From an uncultured bacterium (GTDB taxonomy: Bacteria; Gemmatimonadota; Gemmatimonadetes; Gemmatimonadales; Gemmatimonadaceae), in assembly GCA_963978095.1 (NCBI GenBank), contig CAXBQP010000033.1, positions 1-35,993 on the forward strand: a DNA stretch of 35,993 nucleotides, given 5' to 3'. Below the pieces are notes generated by a model. The model saw only the letters and a program-made list of their open reading frames with translations, had not been told where the DNA came from and made no database searches. Position 1 is the stretch's first letter, and the number at the start of each line of letters is the position of its first letter. The position numbers were made by a program, and so were the translations under genes. Below, in pieces: positions 1-11,005 of the stretch.

Positions 1-5
1 TTTTT

Positions 6-71
6 CAAGCAGAAGACGGCATACGAGATAAGGCCACGTGACTGGAGTTCAGACGTGTGCTCTTCCGATCT
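6..71 (+). other. Illumina P7/TruSeq indexed adapter (sequencing artefact, not genomic)
   Basis: CAAGCAGAAGACGGCATACGAGAT (6-29, P7) + AAGGCCAC (30-37, index region) + GTGACTGGAGTTCAGACGTGTGCTCTTCCGATCT (38-71, Read 2 primer). The reverse-strand ORF ends in the well-known adapter peptide DRKSTRLNSSH. Confidence 0.99.
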
Positions 72-907
72 AAATCAACGGTGTGATCGACGTCGAGTCG
101 CTCGGCGGCATCATCACCAAGGCGGTCAGCGTCGAGCCGCGGGCTGGGGCCTCTGCTCCGCGGGTCGCGGATTTCCCGGGCGGCATGATCAACGCGATCG
201 GTCTCGCCAATCCCGGGGTTGAAGCCGTGCGGGGGGAGCACCTCCCGTGGCTGGCGAAGCTCTCGCGGGCGCGGGTGCTCGTGAATGTCGTCGGCCGCGT
301 GGTGGAGGATTTCTCCGAAGTCGTGGGCGCGCTCGACGGCGCTGACGGCGTTTCCGGTTACGAACTCAATGTGAGCTGTCCGAACACGCGGGCGGGGGGC
401 TTGGAGTTCGGGGCGGATCCCGTCGCGCTGACCACTCTCATCCAACGGGCGCGTGCCGCGACGGCGCGTCCGCTCTTCGTCAAGTTGTCGCCCACGTTGC
501 CGGACGTGGCACTGATCGCAAAATGCGCGGTCGATGCCGGTGCCGACGGGTTGAGTTTGGTGAACACCTTGCCAGGGCTCGTCATCGACCTGGAGACGCG
601 ACGTCCGGCGTTGGGGTTTGGCACGGGCGGCACGAGTGGCCCAGGATTGCGTCCGGTCGGGGTGCTCGCCACGTGGAAGGTGCGCAAGGCGGTGCGCGTG
701 CCGATCATCGGCATCGGTGGAATCTCGACGGCGGAGGACGTTCTGCAGTATGTGCTCGCCGGCGCGTCGTTGGTCGCGGTCGGCACCGCGGCGCTCGCGA
801 ATCCCCGGATCCCCGAGCGGATCGTCGATGATCTGGGGCGGTGGTGCGCCGCGCATGGCGTCCAGGCGCTGGACGCGCTCTCCGGAACCTTGGAATGGCC
901 GCAATGA
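72..907 (+). CDS. pyrD: Dihydroorotate dehydrogenase, family 1 (probably 1B catalytic subunit), 5'-truncated by the contig end/adapter
   Basis: Motifs GGIITKAVS, GMINAIGLANPG, ELNVSCPN (catalytic Cys), VKLSP, LVNT, GGTSG, IIGIGGI. The N-terminal NP..ASG segment is missing. Overlaps pyrF (ATGA). Confidence 0.93.
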
Positions 908-1623
908 ACACTCAGCCCATCATCGCGCTCGACGTTGGACGTTTGCAGGAGGCACAATCGCTGGTGCGCTCCCTCGGTCCCGACGCGACCTACTACAAAG
1001 TCGGGTTGCAGCTGTTCACGGCCGAGGGGCCACGCGTCGTCGAGTGGTTACAGGATCAGGGGAAGTCCGTGTTCCTCGACCTGAAGTTGCACGATATCCC
1101 CAACACCGTCGAGCAGGCCGCTCGCAGCGCCGCGGGGCTCGGAGTCGCACTCCTGACGGTGCATGGGATCGGAGGGGAGGCGATGGTGCGCGCCGCCGTT
1201 GCGGGCGCGGGCGCCACGACCGGGATCCTCGTCGTGACGGTCCTGACCTCAATGGACCTGCCCATGGTGCGTGCCGCGGTCGGCCATGAGGTCGCGAGCG
1301 TGGGCGACGAAGTCGCTCGGCTCGCCGGCATCGCCGCGCAGGCGGGGGCGCACGGCGTCGTCTGCAGCGGGCATGAGTGCGCGTCGGTGGTGGCGGCACA
1401 TCCCGGGCTGGGAGTGCTCGTGCCGGGGATCCGCGCGTCCGGCGGCGCCACGCACGATCAATCCCGTGTGGTGACGCCGGAGCAGGCGCTCGCTGCTGGT
1501 GCCCGGTACGCCGTGATCGGCCGCGCAGTCACTGCTGCTGCCGATCCCGCGGCGGCGTACCGGGTGTTCGACCGTGCGTTGCGTGCCGGAGTGACGGACG
1601 TCTTGCGCGATGCGGCGCGATGA
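904..1623 (+). CDS. pyrF: Orotidine-5'-phosphate decarboxylase
   Basis: IIALD, YKVG, FLDLKLHDIPNTV signature, LTVH, VTVLTS, VPGIR, DQSRV, VIGRAV. ATG at 904 overlaps the pyrD stop. Confidence 0.96.
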   Translation: MNTQPIIALDVGRLQEAQSLVRSLGPDATYYKVGLQLFTAEGPRVVEWLQDQGKSVFLDLKLHDIPNTVEQAARSAAGLGVALLTVHGIGGEAMVRAAVAGAGATTGILVVTVLTSMDLPMVRAAVGHEVASVGDEVARLAGIAAQAGAHGVVCSGHECASVVAAHPGLGVLVPGIRASGGATHDQSRVVTPEQALAAGARYAVIGRAVTAAADPAAAYRVFDRALRAGVTDVLRDAAR

Positions 1624-1661
1624 TGCCAGCGTTCGGATAATCCTTTGCCTGAGGTGGTCGC

Positions 1662-2234
1662 ATGTCCCGTTCCTCGATTCTCCTGTTCGCGGTAGTGCTT
1701 AGCGGGTGTGCCTCGACGCAGGGGGCGCCCGGGGCTCAGCCGCCCGTCGAGATCAGCGCGACGACGCAGCGGATCCAGAGTGCGATGGACAACACCAAGA
1801 TCATCGGTGGCGCCGTGGCGAATCAGGTTGCCGTGGGCGTCAACGTCGCGGCGCCCGCCACCGAGGTCTGGACCGCGCTGCAGGCGGTCTATGCGGAACT
1901 GAAGGTTCCGGAGGGAACGCTGGAGACGTCGTCGCGCACGATCGGCAATCAGCAGTTCCGGGTGCGCCGCAAGTTCGCCGGGGAGTCGATGATGAAGTGG
2001 GTGGACTGCGGCAGCGGGTCCGGGGGGCCGAACGCGGAAACGTACGACATCCAGCTCAGCCTCGTCAGCTACGTCGCGGTGGTGGGCGCGAAGGAATCGA
2101 CGCTGACGACGCGGGTGAGTGGTCAGGGGAGCGATCCCGCGTTCGGTCGGGGCAACTCCACCGTCTGCAACACGCAGGGGGAGCTGGAGAAGCGGATCGA
2201 GCTGATGGTGAAGGCGAAGCTCGGGCTGAAGTAA
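1662..2234 (+). CDS. Hypothetical lipoprotein
   Basis: SD GAGGTGG upstream. Signal peptide with lipobox LSGC (Cys16). Coding-like GC3 bias. Two further Cys (WVDCG, TVCNT). Confidence 0.8.
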   Translation: MSRSSILLFAVVLSGCASTQGAPGAQPPVEISATTQRIQSAMDNTKIIGGAVANQVAVGVNVAAPATEVWTALQAVYAELKVPEGTLETSSRTIGNQQFRVRRKFAGESMMKWVDCGSGSGGPNAETYDIQLSLVSYVAVVGAKESTLTTRVSGQGSDPAFGRGNSTVCNTQGELEKRIELMVKAKLGLK

Positions 2235-2291
2235 CCGAGGCGAGGGTCCGGGGCAGAAAAGCCCGTTTCGCGTACACGTCAGTCTGGGGGC

Positions 2292-2320
2292 TTGTGTCAA
2301 GGGGGGTCGCCGGGTATAAT
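2292..2320 (+). promoter_or_regulatory. Sigma70-type promoter for the rpmJ-alpha operon
   Basis: TTGTGT (2292-2297), 17-bp spacer, perfect TATAAT (2315-2320), about 90 nt upstream of rpmJ. Confidence 0.75.
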
Positions 2321-2410
2321 GCGTGTCTGCCCCAAAACAGGGGTGGGCAACGAGTTCCGCGTTTTCGCGTGGCTCTCGTGCCGTTCCGTTCCGCACTTCC
2401 GGAGTTCCCC

Positions 2411-2527
2411 GTGAAAGTTCGCAGCAGCGTGAAGCCGATTTGCGAGCACTGCAAGGTGGTCACCCGCCGCGGTGTTACCCGCATCATCTGCAAGCGCAAT
2501 CCCAAGCACAAGCAGCGGCAAGGCTAA
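2411..2527 (+). CDS. rpmJ: 50S ribosomal protein L36 (Zn-ribbon form)
   Basis: GTG start after [42 protein letters not shown] has the CxxC...C...H ligands. Hidden at the end of the 1706..2527 ORF call. Confidence 0.97.
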   Translation: MKVRSSVKPICEHCKVVTRRGVTRIICKRNPKHKQRQG

Positions 2528-2533
2528 CCACAC

Positions 2534-2911
2534 ATGGCTCGTATTGCTGGCGTCGATCTCCCGCGGGAGAAAAAGGTCGAGATCGGTTTGACCTACATCT
2601 ATGGCATCGGGCGTGTGACGTCCCGGCGCATCATCGAGGCGGCCGGGGTCAACCCGGAGCAGCGCATCAAGGACCTGTCTGACTCGGACGTCAACAAGCT
2701 CCGTCAGGAGATTGAGAAGACGTATCGCGTGGAGGGGGCGCTGCGCACGGAAGTCGCGATGAACATCAAGCGTCTGATGGACATCGGGTCGTATCGCGGC
2801 ACGCGTCATCGTCGTGGTCTCCCGGTGCGTGGACAGCGCACGCATACCAACGCCCGTACCAAGAAGGGCCCGCGCCGCGCGATCGCCGGCAAGAAGAAGG
2901 TGACTAAGTAA
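2534..2911 (+). CDS. rpsM: 30S ribosomal protein S13
   Basis: [37 protein letters not shown]. Confidence 0.99.
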   Translation: MARIAGVDLPREKKVEIGLTYIYGIGRVTSRRIIEAAGVNPEQRIKDLSDSDVNKLRQEIEKTYRVEGALRTEVAMNIKRLMDIGSYRGTRHRRGLPVRGQRTHTNARTKKGPRRAIAGKKKVTK

Positions 2912-3288
2912 TGGCTATCGGGAAGAAGACCAAGCGCGTGGTGGAGGCCGAGGGCGTGGCGCATGTCAGCGCGACGTTCAACAACACCACCATCACGATC
3001 ACCGACGCGCACGGGAATGCCGTGGCGTGGGGCTCGGCCGGCAAGGCGGGCTTCAAGGGATCGAAGAAGTCCACGCCGTTCGCCGCCACCGTCGCCGCCG
3101 AGCAGTGCGCGCGCGAGGCGATGACGGCCGGTGTCCGCCGCGTGCACGTGCGCGTGCAGGGCCCCGGGTCGGGCCGCGAGAGTGCCGTCCAGGCGCTCGC
3201 CGCTGCCGGCCTCCAAGTCAAGTCCATCAAGGACGTCACGCCGATTCCGCACAACGGCTGCCGTCCTCCCAAGCGCCGGAGGGTCTAA
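2911..3288 (+). CDS. rpsK: 30S ribosomal protein S11
   Basis: [46 protein letters not shown]. Confidence 0.99.
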   Translation: MAIGKKTKRVVEAEGVAHVSATFNNTTITITDAHGNAVAWGSAGKAGFKGSKKSTPFAATVAAEQCAREAMTAGVRRVHVRVQGPGSGRESAVQALAAAGLQVKSIKDVTPIPHNGCRPPKRRRV

Positions 3289-3291
3289 TCC

Positions 3292-3927
3292 ATGCGGTAT
3301 ACCGGACCCAGCTGCCGTCAGTGCCGTCGTGAGGGCACGAAGCTGTTCCTGAAGGGCACGAAGTGCTTCACCGAGAAGTGCCCGGTCGAGCGTCGTCCGT
3401 ATGCGCCGGGTCAGCATGGCCCGAACAGCGCCGGTCGTCGCCGCAAGGTGAGCGAGTACGCCAAGCAGTTGCGTGAGAAGCAGAAGATCAAGCGCATCTA
3501 TGGCGTGAGCGAGAAGCAGTTCCGCAATACGTTCGAGAAGGTGAGCGCGCTGCCCGGGATCACCGGTCACAACCTGCTCGCCGCGCTCGAGAGCCGTCTC
3601 GACAACATGGTGTATCGCATGGGCTTCGCCGCCAGCCGCAAGGCGGCGCGTCAGCTCATCCGCCATCGGCATGTGGAAGTGAACGGCAAGAATGTCGATG
3701 TGCCGAGCTTCGTGGTGCAGCCGGGCCAGGAGATCAAGGTGCGCCAGAAGTCGCGTGAGCTGGTGATCATCGGTGCGGCGCTGGAGCAGGCCGCTCGCGG
3801 GAGCACGCCGAGCTGGTTGGCGGTGGACAAGGAGAGCTTCAGTGGTCGCATGCTCGAGCGTCCGGCCCGTGCCGCGATCCCGATCGCCGCGCAGGAGCAG
3901 TTGGTCGTCGAGTTGTACTCCAAGTAA
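3292..3927 (+). CDS. rpsD: 30S ribosomal protein S4 (Cys/Zn-type N-terminus)
   Basis: RYTGPSCRQCRREG..C....C, PGQHG, QLREKQK, LESRLDNMVYRMGFA, VVELYSK. Confidence 0.99.
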   Translation: MRYTGPSCRQCRREGTKLFLKGTKCFTEKCPVERRPYAPGQHGPNSAGRRRKVSEYAKQLREKQKIKRIYGVSEKQFRNTFEKVSALPGITGHNLLAALESRLDNMVYRMGFAASRKAARQLIRHRHVEVNGKNVDVPSFVVQPGQEIKVRQKSRELVIIGAALEQAARGSTPSWLAVDKESFSGRMLERPARAAIPIAAQEQLVVELYSK

Positions 3928-4051
3928 GTCGTAATCTTCGGCAGTTTCGAGGTCGGGGCCCTGACCCCATCACATCCTACCGCGCGTCAGGGGCGGGGTA
4001 GGGCGTAGGCGGAACGCGAGTTCCGTCTGACCATCACCAGGTACCCAACGC

Positions 4052-5119
4052 ATGGTTCAGTCCATTGATCTCCGCGGGTTGGTCCGTCCGCAGCTCGTCG
4101 AGTCGACGAAGCGCGAGGACAACCCGAACATCGCCGAGTTCCGCATCCAGCCGCTCGAGCGTGGATTCGGCCACACGCTCGGCAATGCGATGCGTCGCAT
4201 GTTGCTGTCGTCCCTCCGCGGCTCCGCCGTGTGGGGCTTCCGCATCGACGGCGTGTTGCATGAGCACCAGACGATCCAGGGCGTCGTCGAGGACGTCCAT
4301 CAGATCATTGGCAACCTCAAGACGCTGACGCTCACGCTCTCCGACGACGTGGAGGATGCGATTCTCCGCATCCACACGAAGTCGGCCGGTGCGGTGACGG
4401 CCGCGGCCATCGACGCGCAGGGTGGCGTCAAGGTCGTGAACCCCAAGCACCACATCTTCACCTTGAGCGAGGACCGCGAGCTGACGGTCGAACTCTACGT
4501 GAACAAGGGGCGGGGATACATCGAGGCCGATGGGCACCCGGCCGACCGGTCGTTGCCGGTCGACCTCGTGCGGATCGATTCCATCTACTCGCCGGTCAAG
4601 CGCGTGAACTTCGCCGTGAGCGAGACGCGCGTCGGCCAGCGCACCGACTACGATCGGCTCGTCCTGACGGTCGAGACGAACGGCACGGTCTCGCCGGACG
4701 AAGCGGTGAGCTATGCGGCCGCGCTCGCGCAGACGCACTTCCAGTACTTTGCTGCCTTCGGCTCGCACGCGGCCGCGGCGGTTGGTGGGGGCGAGTTCGG
4801 GTCGGATGCCGTGCGTCTGGCGGGTCTGCTCAAGACGCCGATCGACGACCTCGAGTTGTCGGTGCGGTGCGTCAACTCGCTCAAGAACCACAATGTCCGC
4901 TCGGTGGGCGACTTGGTGCAGCTCACGATCAAGCAGCTCGCGGAAGTGAAGAACTTCGGCAAGAAGTCGCTTCAGGAGATCGCGGATCTCCTCGAGCGTG
5001 AAGGACTGAATTTCGGGATGCGATTTGAGGAAGGCGTGGATGGCGTTCGGGTGACCGAATGGGGGATCCCGCCGCGCGACGCCGTCGCCTCCGCTCCTGA
5101 CGACGCGACCGAGGAATAA
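4052..5119 (+). CDS. rpoA: DNA-directed RNA polymerase subunit alpha
   Basis: PLERGFGHTLGNAMRR, GVLHE, RVGQRTDYDRL, alpha-CTD LELSVR...NFGKKSL. Confidence 0.99.
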   Translation: MVQSIDLRGLVRPQLVESTKREDNPNIAEFRIQPLERGFGHTLGNAMRRMLLSSLRGSAVWGFRIDGVLHEHQTIQGVVEDVHQIIGNLKTLTLTLSDDVEDAILRIHTKSAGAVTAAAIDAQGGVKVVNPKHHIFTLSEDRELTVELYVNKGRGYIEADGHPADRSLPVDLVRIDSIYSPVKRVNFAVSETRVGQRTDYDRLVLTVETNGTVSPDEAVSYAAALAQTHFQYFAAFGSHAAAAVGGGEFGSDAVRLAGLLKTPIDDLELSVRCVNSLKNHNVRSVGDLVQLTIKQLAEVKNFGKKSLQEIADLLEREGLNFGMRFEEGVDGVRVTEWGIPPRDAVASAPDDATEE

Positions 5120-5121
5120 CG

Positions 5122-5478
5122 ATGCGCCATCGCAAGGCTGGACGTTCCCTGCGCCGTACGAGCGAGCAGCGCCTCGCTCTGTTGCGCAATCTCGCGACCT
5201 CGCTCATCGAGTCGGGCGCGATCGAGACCACCGAGGCCAAGGCGAAGGAGCTGCGCCCCTTCGTCGAGAAGCTGATCACCAAGGCCCGCACCGGCACGCT
5301 CCATGCGCGTCGGTTGGCCGGCAAGCACGTGCAGAAGCGCGAGGCGGCGGATAAGCTCTTCCAGGAGATCGGCCCCAAGTTCGCGAAGCGAGCGGGTGGC
5401 TACACCCGCATCCTGAAGACCGGTCACCGCACGGGTGACGGCGCCGAGATGGCCCGCATCGAACTGATCGAGAACTGA
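5122..5478 (+). CDS. rplQ: 50S ribosomal protein L17
   Basis: [36 protein letters not shown]. Confidence 0.99.
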   Translation: MRHRKAGRSLRRTSEQRLALLRNLATSLIESGAIETTEAKAKELRPFVEKLITKARTGTLHARRLAGKHVQKREAADKLFQEIGPKFAKRAGGYTRILKTGHRTGDGAEMARIELIEN

Positions 5479-5480
5479 CC

Positions 5481-5705
5481 ATGGCCCCTATCGCCCGCAA
5501 TGTGTGCCACACGTGCCAGAAGGGAATCGCCTTCGGCAACAACGTGTCGCACGCCAACAACAAGACCCGCCGGACCTGGAAGCCCAATCTCCAGGTGGCG
5601 CGCATCGTCAAGGATGGCAAGATCATCAAGATCAAGGTCTGCACCCGTTGCCTGAACGCCGGCAAGATCCAGCGCGCCCCCCGTGGGGCCGTCGCTGCCA
5701 TCTAG
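5481..5705 (+). CDS. rpmB: 50S ribosomal protein L28
   Basis: C..C..G...[20 protein letters not shown]...VCTRCL. Confidence 0.96.
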   Translation: MAPIARNVCHTCQKGIAFGNNVSHANNKTRRTWKPNLQVARIVKDGKIIKIKVCTRCLNAGKIQRAPRGAVAAI

Positions 5706-5734
5706 TTCGCCGGCCGGTGACGGCCTCCACAACT

Positions 5735-5760
5735 GAGGGAGCCGAAAGGCTCCCTTTTTT
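5735..5760 (+). terminator. Rho-independent terminator of the r-protein operon
   Basis: GAGGGAGCC-GAAA-GGCTCCCTT stem with GNRA loop, running into TTTTTT (5755-5760). Confidence 0.93.
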
Positions 5761-5864
5761 GCGGTCGCCAGCTCCGTGGGCGGGTGCCGAAACGCTGGTC
5801 ATTCAGGCATATTTCTCGTGATAACAAAGTCGCGGCGCCAACTCCCCCTGAGCCCCTTCGCTGA

Positions 5865-6845
<981 letters not shown>

Positions 6846-6846
6846 T

Positions 6847-7797
6847 TTGACGGCGCGTCGCGCGCTCGTCACGGGAGCCGGCGGCTTCGTTGGCCGCTGG
6901 TTGTGCCGTGAGTTGGTTCGCGACGGATGGCAAGTCGTAGGGACCACGTTGGCGGGCACCGGCGACGCACCGGTCGATGGTGCCGAGTGGCGTGTCGAAG
7001 ATCTCTCCGAGGGCGACAGCGCGAGTCGGGCGGTCATGGCCTCTCGACCGGACGCCGTGTTCCATCTCGCCGGGTTGGCTTTCGTGCTCGAGGCCGGCCT
7101 TTATCCCGAGAGGGGACTCGCGGTAAACGTCGGGAGCGCCTTGCGGGTGCTGACGGCCGTGAAATCATATCGTGAGATGTCGGGCGGCAATCCGAGCGTC
7201 GTGATGGTCGGAAGTGCCGAGCAGTACGGGCGGTACGACGCCGAGTCCATGCCGCTGTCTGAAGAGGATGTGTGTCGCCCGCGCAACACCTACGCGGCGA
7301 CGAAGGTCGCCCAGGAGGTGTTCGCACTCGAGGCGCATCGATCGACTGGGCTGCGTGTAATCTGTACCCGATCGTTCAATCACTCGGGGGGCGGGCAGTC
7401 GACCCGTTTCCTGCTGCCGGCCGTTGTGGAACGGGTGCGCGCGATCCGGGCGAAGCGGCTTGAGGCGCTGCATGTCGGCAATCTGGACACGGTTCGTGAT
7501 TTCTCGCACGTGCAGGACGTGGCACGAGCCTACATCGCTCTCGCGGAACGTGGCGTGGCCGGAGAAGTCTACAATGTCTGCAGCGGACTCGGTGTGCGCA
7601 CGGCGGATCTCGTCGCGGAGGTCTGTGACGCGGCGGGCGTCTCGCCGAACATTGTCGCCGATCCGGCGTTGCAGCGACCGGCTGACATTCCCATCCTCGT
7701 GGGTTCCAACGAAAAATTGCGCGCGCATACCGGATGGTCTCCGGTCCTGTCGCGCGCCGACATCATCACCGATCTGCTGAATGCCCCGTCGCACTGA
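6847..7797 (+). CDS. rmd: Extended SDR, probable GDP-4-keto-6-deoxy-D-mannose reductase (GDP-D-rhamnose or GDP-6-deoxytalose forming)
   Basis: [39 protein letters not shown]. Sits 1 nt after gmd, TTG start. Product stereochemistry is an inference. Confidence 0.7.
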   Translation: MTARRALVTGAGGFVGRWLCRELVRDGWQVVGTTLAGTGDAPVDGAEWRVEDLSEGDSASRAVMASRPDAVFHLAGLAFVLEAGLYPERGLAVNVGSALRVLTAVKSYREMSGGNPSVVMVGSAEQYGRYDAESMPLSEEDVCRPRNTYAATKVAQEVFALEAHRSTGLRVICTRSFNHSGGGQSTRFLLPAVVERVRAIRAKRLEALHVGNLDTVRDFSHVQDVARAYIALAERGVAGEVYNVCSGLGVRTADLVAEVCDAAGVSPNIVADPALQRPADIPILVGSNEKLRAHTGWSPVLSRADIITDLLNAPSH

Positions 7798-10700
7798 TAT
7801 TCATCGCATCCTGCTCATCGGCTCCGGCCCGATCGTGATCGGACAAGGAGCGGAGTTCGATTATTCGGGTACGCAGGCCGCCAAAGCGCTGCGGGAGGAG
7901 GGGTACGAGGTGATTCTCGTCAATTCCAATCCCGCGACGATCATGACAGACCCGGAGATCGCGGACCGGACGTACATCGAGCCGGTCACGCCGGAGTTCG
8001 TCGAACGGATCATCGAGCGGGAGAAGCCGGACGCCCTGCTGCCGACGATGGGCGGCCAGACGGCGCTGAACGTCGCGATGGCGCTGCACGAGAGCGGCTT
8101 CCTGGCGAAGCACGGCGTGGAATTGATCGGCGCCAATGCCCGGGCGATCGCGGTCGCCGAGGATCGCAAACTGTTCGGCGAGGCGATGGAGAAGATCGGC
8201 CTCAAGTGCCCGCAGGGAAAGATCGCGACCACCTGGGAGGAAGCGCTCGCGGTCAGCGAGTGGACGGGATTCCCCGCCATCATCCGTCCGGCATTCACGC
8301 TGGGTGGCAGCGGCGGCGGCATTGCGTACAATCGGGAGGAATACGAGGCGATCTGCCGCCGGGGGTTGTCCGAGTCACCGATCTCCCAGGTGTTGATCGA
8401 GCGATCGTTGCTGGGCTGGAAGGAATATGAACTCGAGGTGATGCGCGATCATGCCGACAATGTCGTGATCGTGTGTTCAATCGAGAATATCGACCCCATG
8501 GGAGTGCACACGGGGGATTCGATCACCGTGGCCCCCGCGATGACGCTGACCGACCGCGAATACCAGAGAATGCGCGACGCGGCGATCGCCGTCATTCGCG
8601 AGATCGGGGTGGATGCCGGCGGCTGCAACATCCAGTTCGCGGTGAACCCCGCGGATGGCGATATGGTGGTGATCGAGATGAATCCGCGCGTGTCGCGGAG
8701 TTCCGCCCTCGCGTCGAAGGCGACGGGATTCGCGATCGCGCGCATCGGAACGAAGCTCGCGGTCGGCTACCGGCTTGATGAGCTGCCGAACGACATCACG
8801 CGGACCACGCCGGCGTCCTTCGAGCCCGTGCTGGACTATGTGGTGGTGAAGTGCCCGCGCTTCGCGTTCGAGAAGTTCCCGTCGGCGAGCCCGGTGCTCA
8901 CGACGCAGATGAAGTCGGTCGGCGAATCGATGGCGATTGGGCGCACCTTCAAGGAAGCGCTGCAGAAGGGGTTGCGCGCGCTCGAAAGCGGTCGGGTCGG
9001 GTGGGTCGTGAGCGACCGGCCGGCCGACGATCGTGTCGCGGACGATTCTCCGGATGCCTTGCGCGCCGCAATGTCGACGCCGACTCCGGAGCGGATCTTT
9101 CAAATCAAGCGGGCGTTGTTGGCCGGGATGACCGTCGCGGAGATTCACGCCGTCACGATGGTGGATCCTTGGTTCTTGAACCAGATGCGTGAACTGGTCG
9201 ACGCGGAGCGAGAGTTCGCTGCCCTGTCCGAGGTCGACGCCGAATCGATGCGCGCCATGAAGCGCATGGGGTTCGCCGACGTGCAACTCGCGCGGTTGCG
9301 TGGGCAGACGGAGCAGCAGGTACGCGAGCATCGGTGGGCGTTGGGGATCCGTCCCGTGTTCAAGATGGTGGATACGTGCGCCGGGGAGTTCCCGTCGAAC
9401 ACACCGTACCTCTATTCCACGTATGACGAGGAATCGGAGGCGCCGAAGTCGGGGCGCAAGTCCGTCGTGATCCTTGGCAGTGGGCCGAACCGGATCGGCC
9501 AGGGGGTCGAATTCGACTACTGCTGCGTGCGTGCAGCGATGGCGCTCCGCGATCGTGGGTTCGAAACCATCATGGTGAACTCGAACCCGGAGACGGTGTC
9601 CACGGACTGGGACACGAGCGACAAGCTGTATTTCGAGCCGCTGACCCTCGAGCATGTGCTCGAGATCGTCCAGCGCGAGCAGCCGGTCGGTGTGATCGTG
9701 CAACTTGGCGGTCAGACGCCGCTCAAGTTGACGCGCCCGCTGGAGGCGTGCGGCGTGACGATCCTCGGGACGTCACCGGACGCGATCGATATCGCGGAGG
9801 ATCGGCGACGGTTCGAGAAGATCGCCCGCGAGCTTGGGGTCGCGCAACCGCCCAACGGCACCGCGACCAGTGTGGAAGGTGCCGTTGAGTCGGCGGACCG
9901 GATCGGGTATCCGGTGCTCGTCCGTCCCAGCTACGTGCTCGGCGGTCGGGCGATGGAGATCGTCTACGAGGAGAGTTCGCTGCGGGATTATTTCACCCGT
10001 GCGGTGCGGGTGAGCGAGGATCGTCCCGTGCTGATCGATTCGTTCCTCGAGGATGCGATCGAGGCGGACGTTGATGCGATCAGCGATGGAACCACGGTCG
10101 TCATCGGTGGCGTGATGCAGCACATCGAGTTCGCGGGCATCCATTCCGGAGACTCGGCGTGCGTCCTGCCTCCGCAACGGATCGGGGCCGCCGAGGCGGC
10201 CGTGATGCGCGCGCACACTGTGGCCTTCGCCAAGGCCCTCGGTGTCGTCGGACTGATCAACGTGCAGTACGCGGTGAAGAACGGCGTGGTGTATGTCATC
10301 GAGGTGAATCCTCGTGCGAGTCGTACCGTGCCGTTCGTGTCCAAGGTCATCGGTGTTCCGTTGGCCTCGATCGCTGCGCGCGTCATGCTGGGAGAATCGC
10401 TCGAATCGATCGGTTTCACGCAGGAGATCATCCCCAACTTCGTGGCGGTCAAGGAGGCGGTCTTCCCCTTCGCGAAGTTTCGCGAGTTCGATCCGATCCT
10501 CGGGCCGGAGATGCGGTCCACCGGTGAGGTCATGGGGGTGGCGCAGGAGTTCGGGTCGGCGTTCGCGCGGGCGCAGATCGGTGCTGGCAACGCCCTCCCG
10601 ACCGCCGGGACGGTCTTCCTCACCGTCAATGACCACGACAAGCCCGCCGCCGCCGATCTCGCACGGCGATTCCACGGTTTGGGTTTCGGCATCAAGGCCA

Positions 10701-11005
10701 CACATGGAACCGCCAGCTATCTCCGGGACCGTGGTGTGCCCTGCGAGTCCGTGCACAAGGTTAGTGTGGCGCGTCCCCATGGCATCGACTTGATCAAGAA
10801 CGGCGGCGTACAATTGCTGATTAATACACCCTTGGGGCAGCGTGCCCAGAAGGATGACGAGTCGTTGCGACAGGCCGCGATTTCACACCGGATCGCCTAC
10901 ACGACCACGCTCAGTGCAGCGACCGCGGCGTGTGATGCGATCGTAGCGCTCACTGGACGGGCGTTGGACGTTCGGTCGATCCAGGAATGGCAGGCACAGT
11001 TGTGA
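7781..11005 (+). CDS. carB: Carbamoyl-phosphate synthase large subunit
   Basis: [31 protein letters not shown], duplicated ATP-grasp domains ([19 protein letters not shown]), C-terminal MGS domain; 1074 aa. Confidence 0.99.
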   Translation: MPRRTDIHRILLIGSGPIVIGQGAEFDYSGTQAAKALREEGYEVILVNSNPATIMTDPEIADRTYIEPVTPEFVERIIEREKPDALLPTMGGQTALNVAMALHESGFLAKHGVELIGANARAIAVAEDRKLFGEAMEKIGLKCPQGKIATTWEEALAVSEWTGFPAIIRPAFTLGGSGGGIAYNREEYEAICRRGLSESPISQVLIERSLLGWKEYELEVMRDHADNVVIVCSIENIDPMGVHTGDSITVAPAMTLTDREYQRMRDAAIAVIREIGVDAGGCNIQFAVNPADGDMVVIEMNPRVSRSSALASKATGFAIARIGTKLAVGYRLDELPNDITRTTPASFEPVLDYVVVKCPRFAFEKFPSASPVLTTQMKSVGESMAIGRTFKEALQKGLRALESGRVGWVVSDRPADDRVADDSPDALRAAMSTPTPERIFQIKRALLAGMTVAEIHAVTMVDPWFLNQMRELVDAEREFAALSEVDAESMRAMKRMGFADVQLARLRGQTEQQVREHRWALGIRPVFKMVDTCAGEFPSNTPYLYSTYDEESEAPKSGRKSVVILGSGPNRIGQGVEFDYCCVRAAMALRDRGFETIMVNSNPETVSTDWDTSDKLYFEPLTLEHVLEIVQREQPVGVIVQLGGQTPLKLTRPLEACGVTILGTSPDAIDIAEDRRRFEKIARELGVAQPPNGTATSVEGAVESADRIGYPVLVRPSYVLGGRAMEIVYEESSLRDYFTRAVRVSEDRPVLIDSFLEDAIEADVDAISDGTTVVIGGVMQHIEFAGIHSGDSACVLPPQRIGAAEAAVMRAHTVAFAKALGVVGLINVQYAVKNGVVYVIEVNPRASRTVPFVSKVIGVPLASIAARVMLGESLESIGFTQEIIPNFVAVKEAVFPFAKFREFDPILGPEMRSTGEVMGVAQEFGSAFARAQIGAGNALPTAGTVFLTVNDHDKPAAADLARRFHGLGFGIKATHGTASYLRDRGVPCESVHKVSVARPHGIDLIKNGGVQLLINTPLGQRAQKDDESLRQAAISHRIAYTTTLSAATAACDAIVALTGRALDVRSIQEWQAQL

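Noticed and set aside
5..904. 299-aa minus-strand ORF
   Set aside because: Antisense shadow of pyrD whose C-terminus is translated Illumina adapter.
1706..2527. 273-aa ORF suggesting an N-terminally extended L36 fusion
   Set aside because: Only the last 38 codons are L36, which has its own SD and promoter; the rest is an off-frame overlap of the lipoprotein gene.
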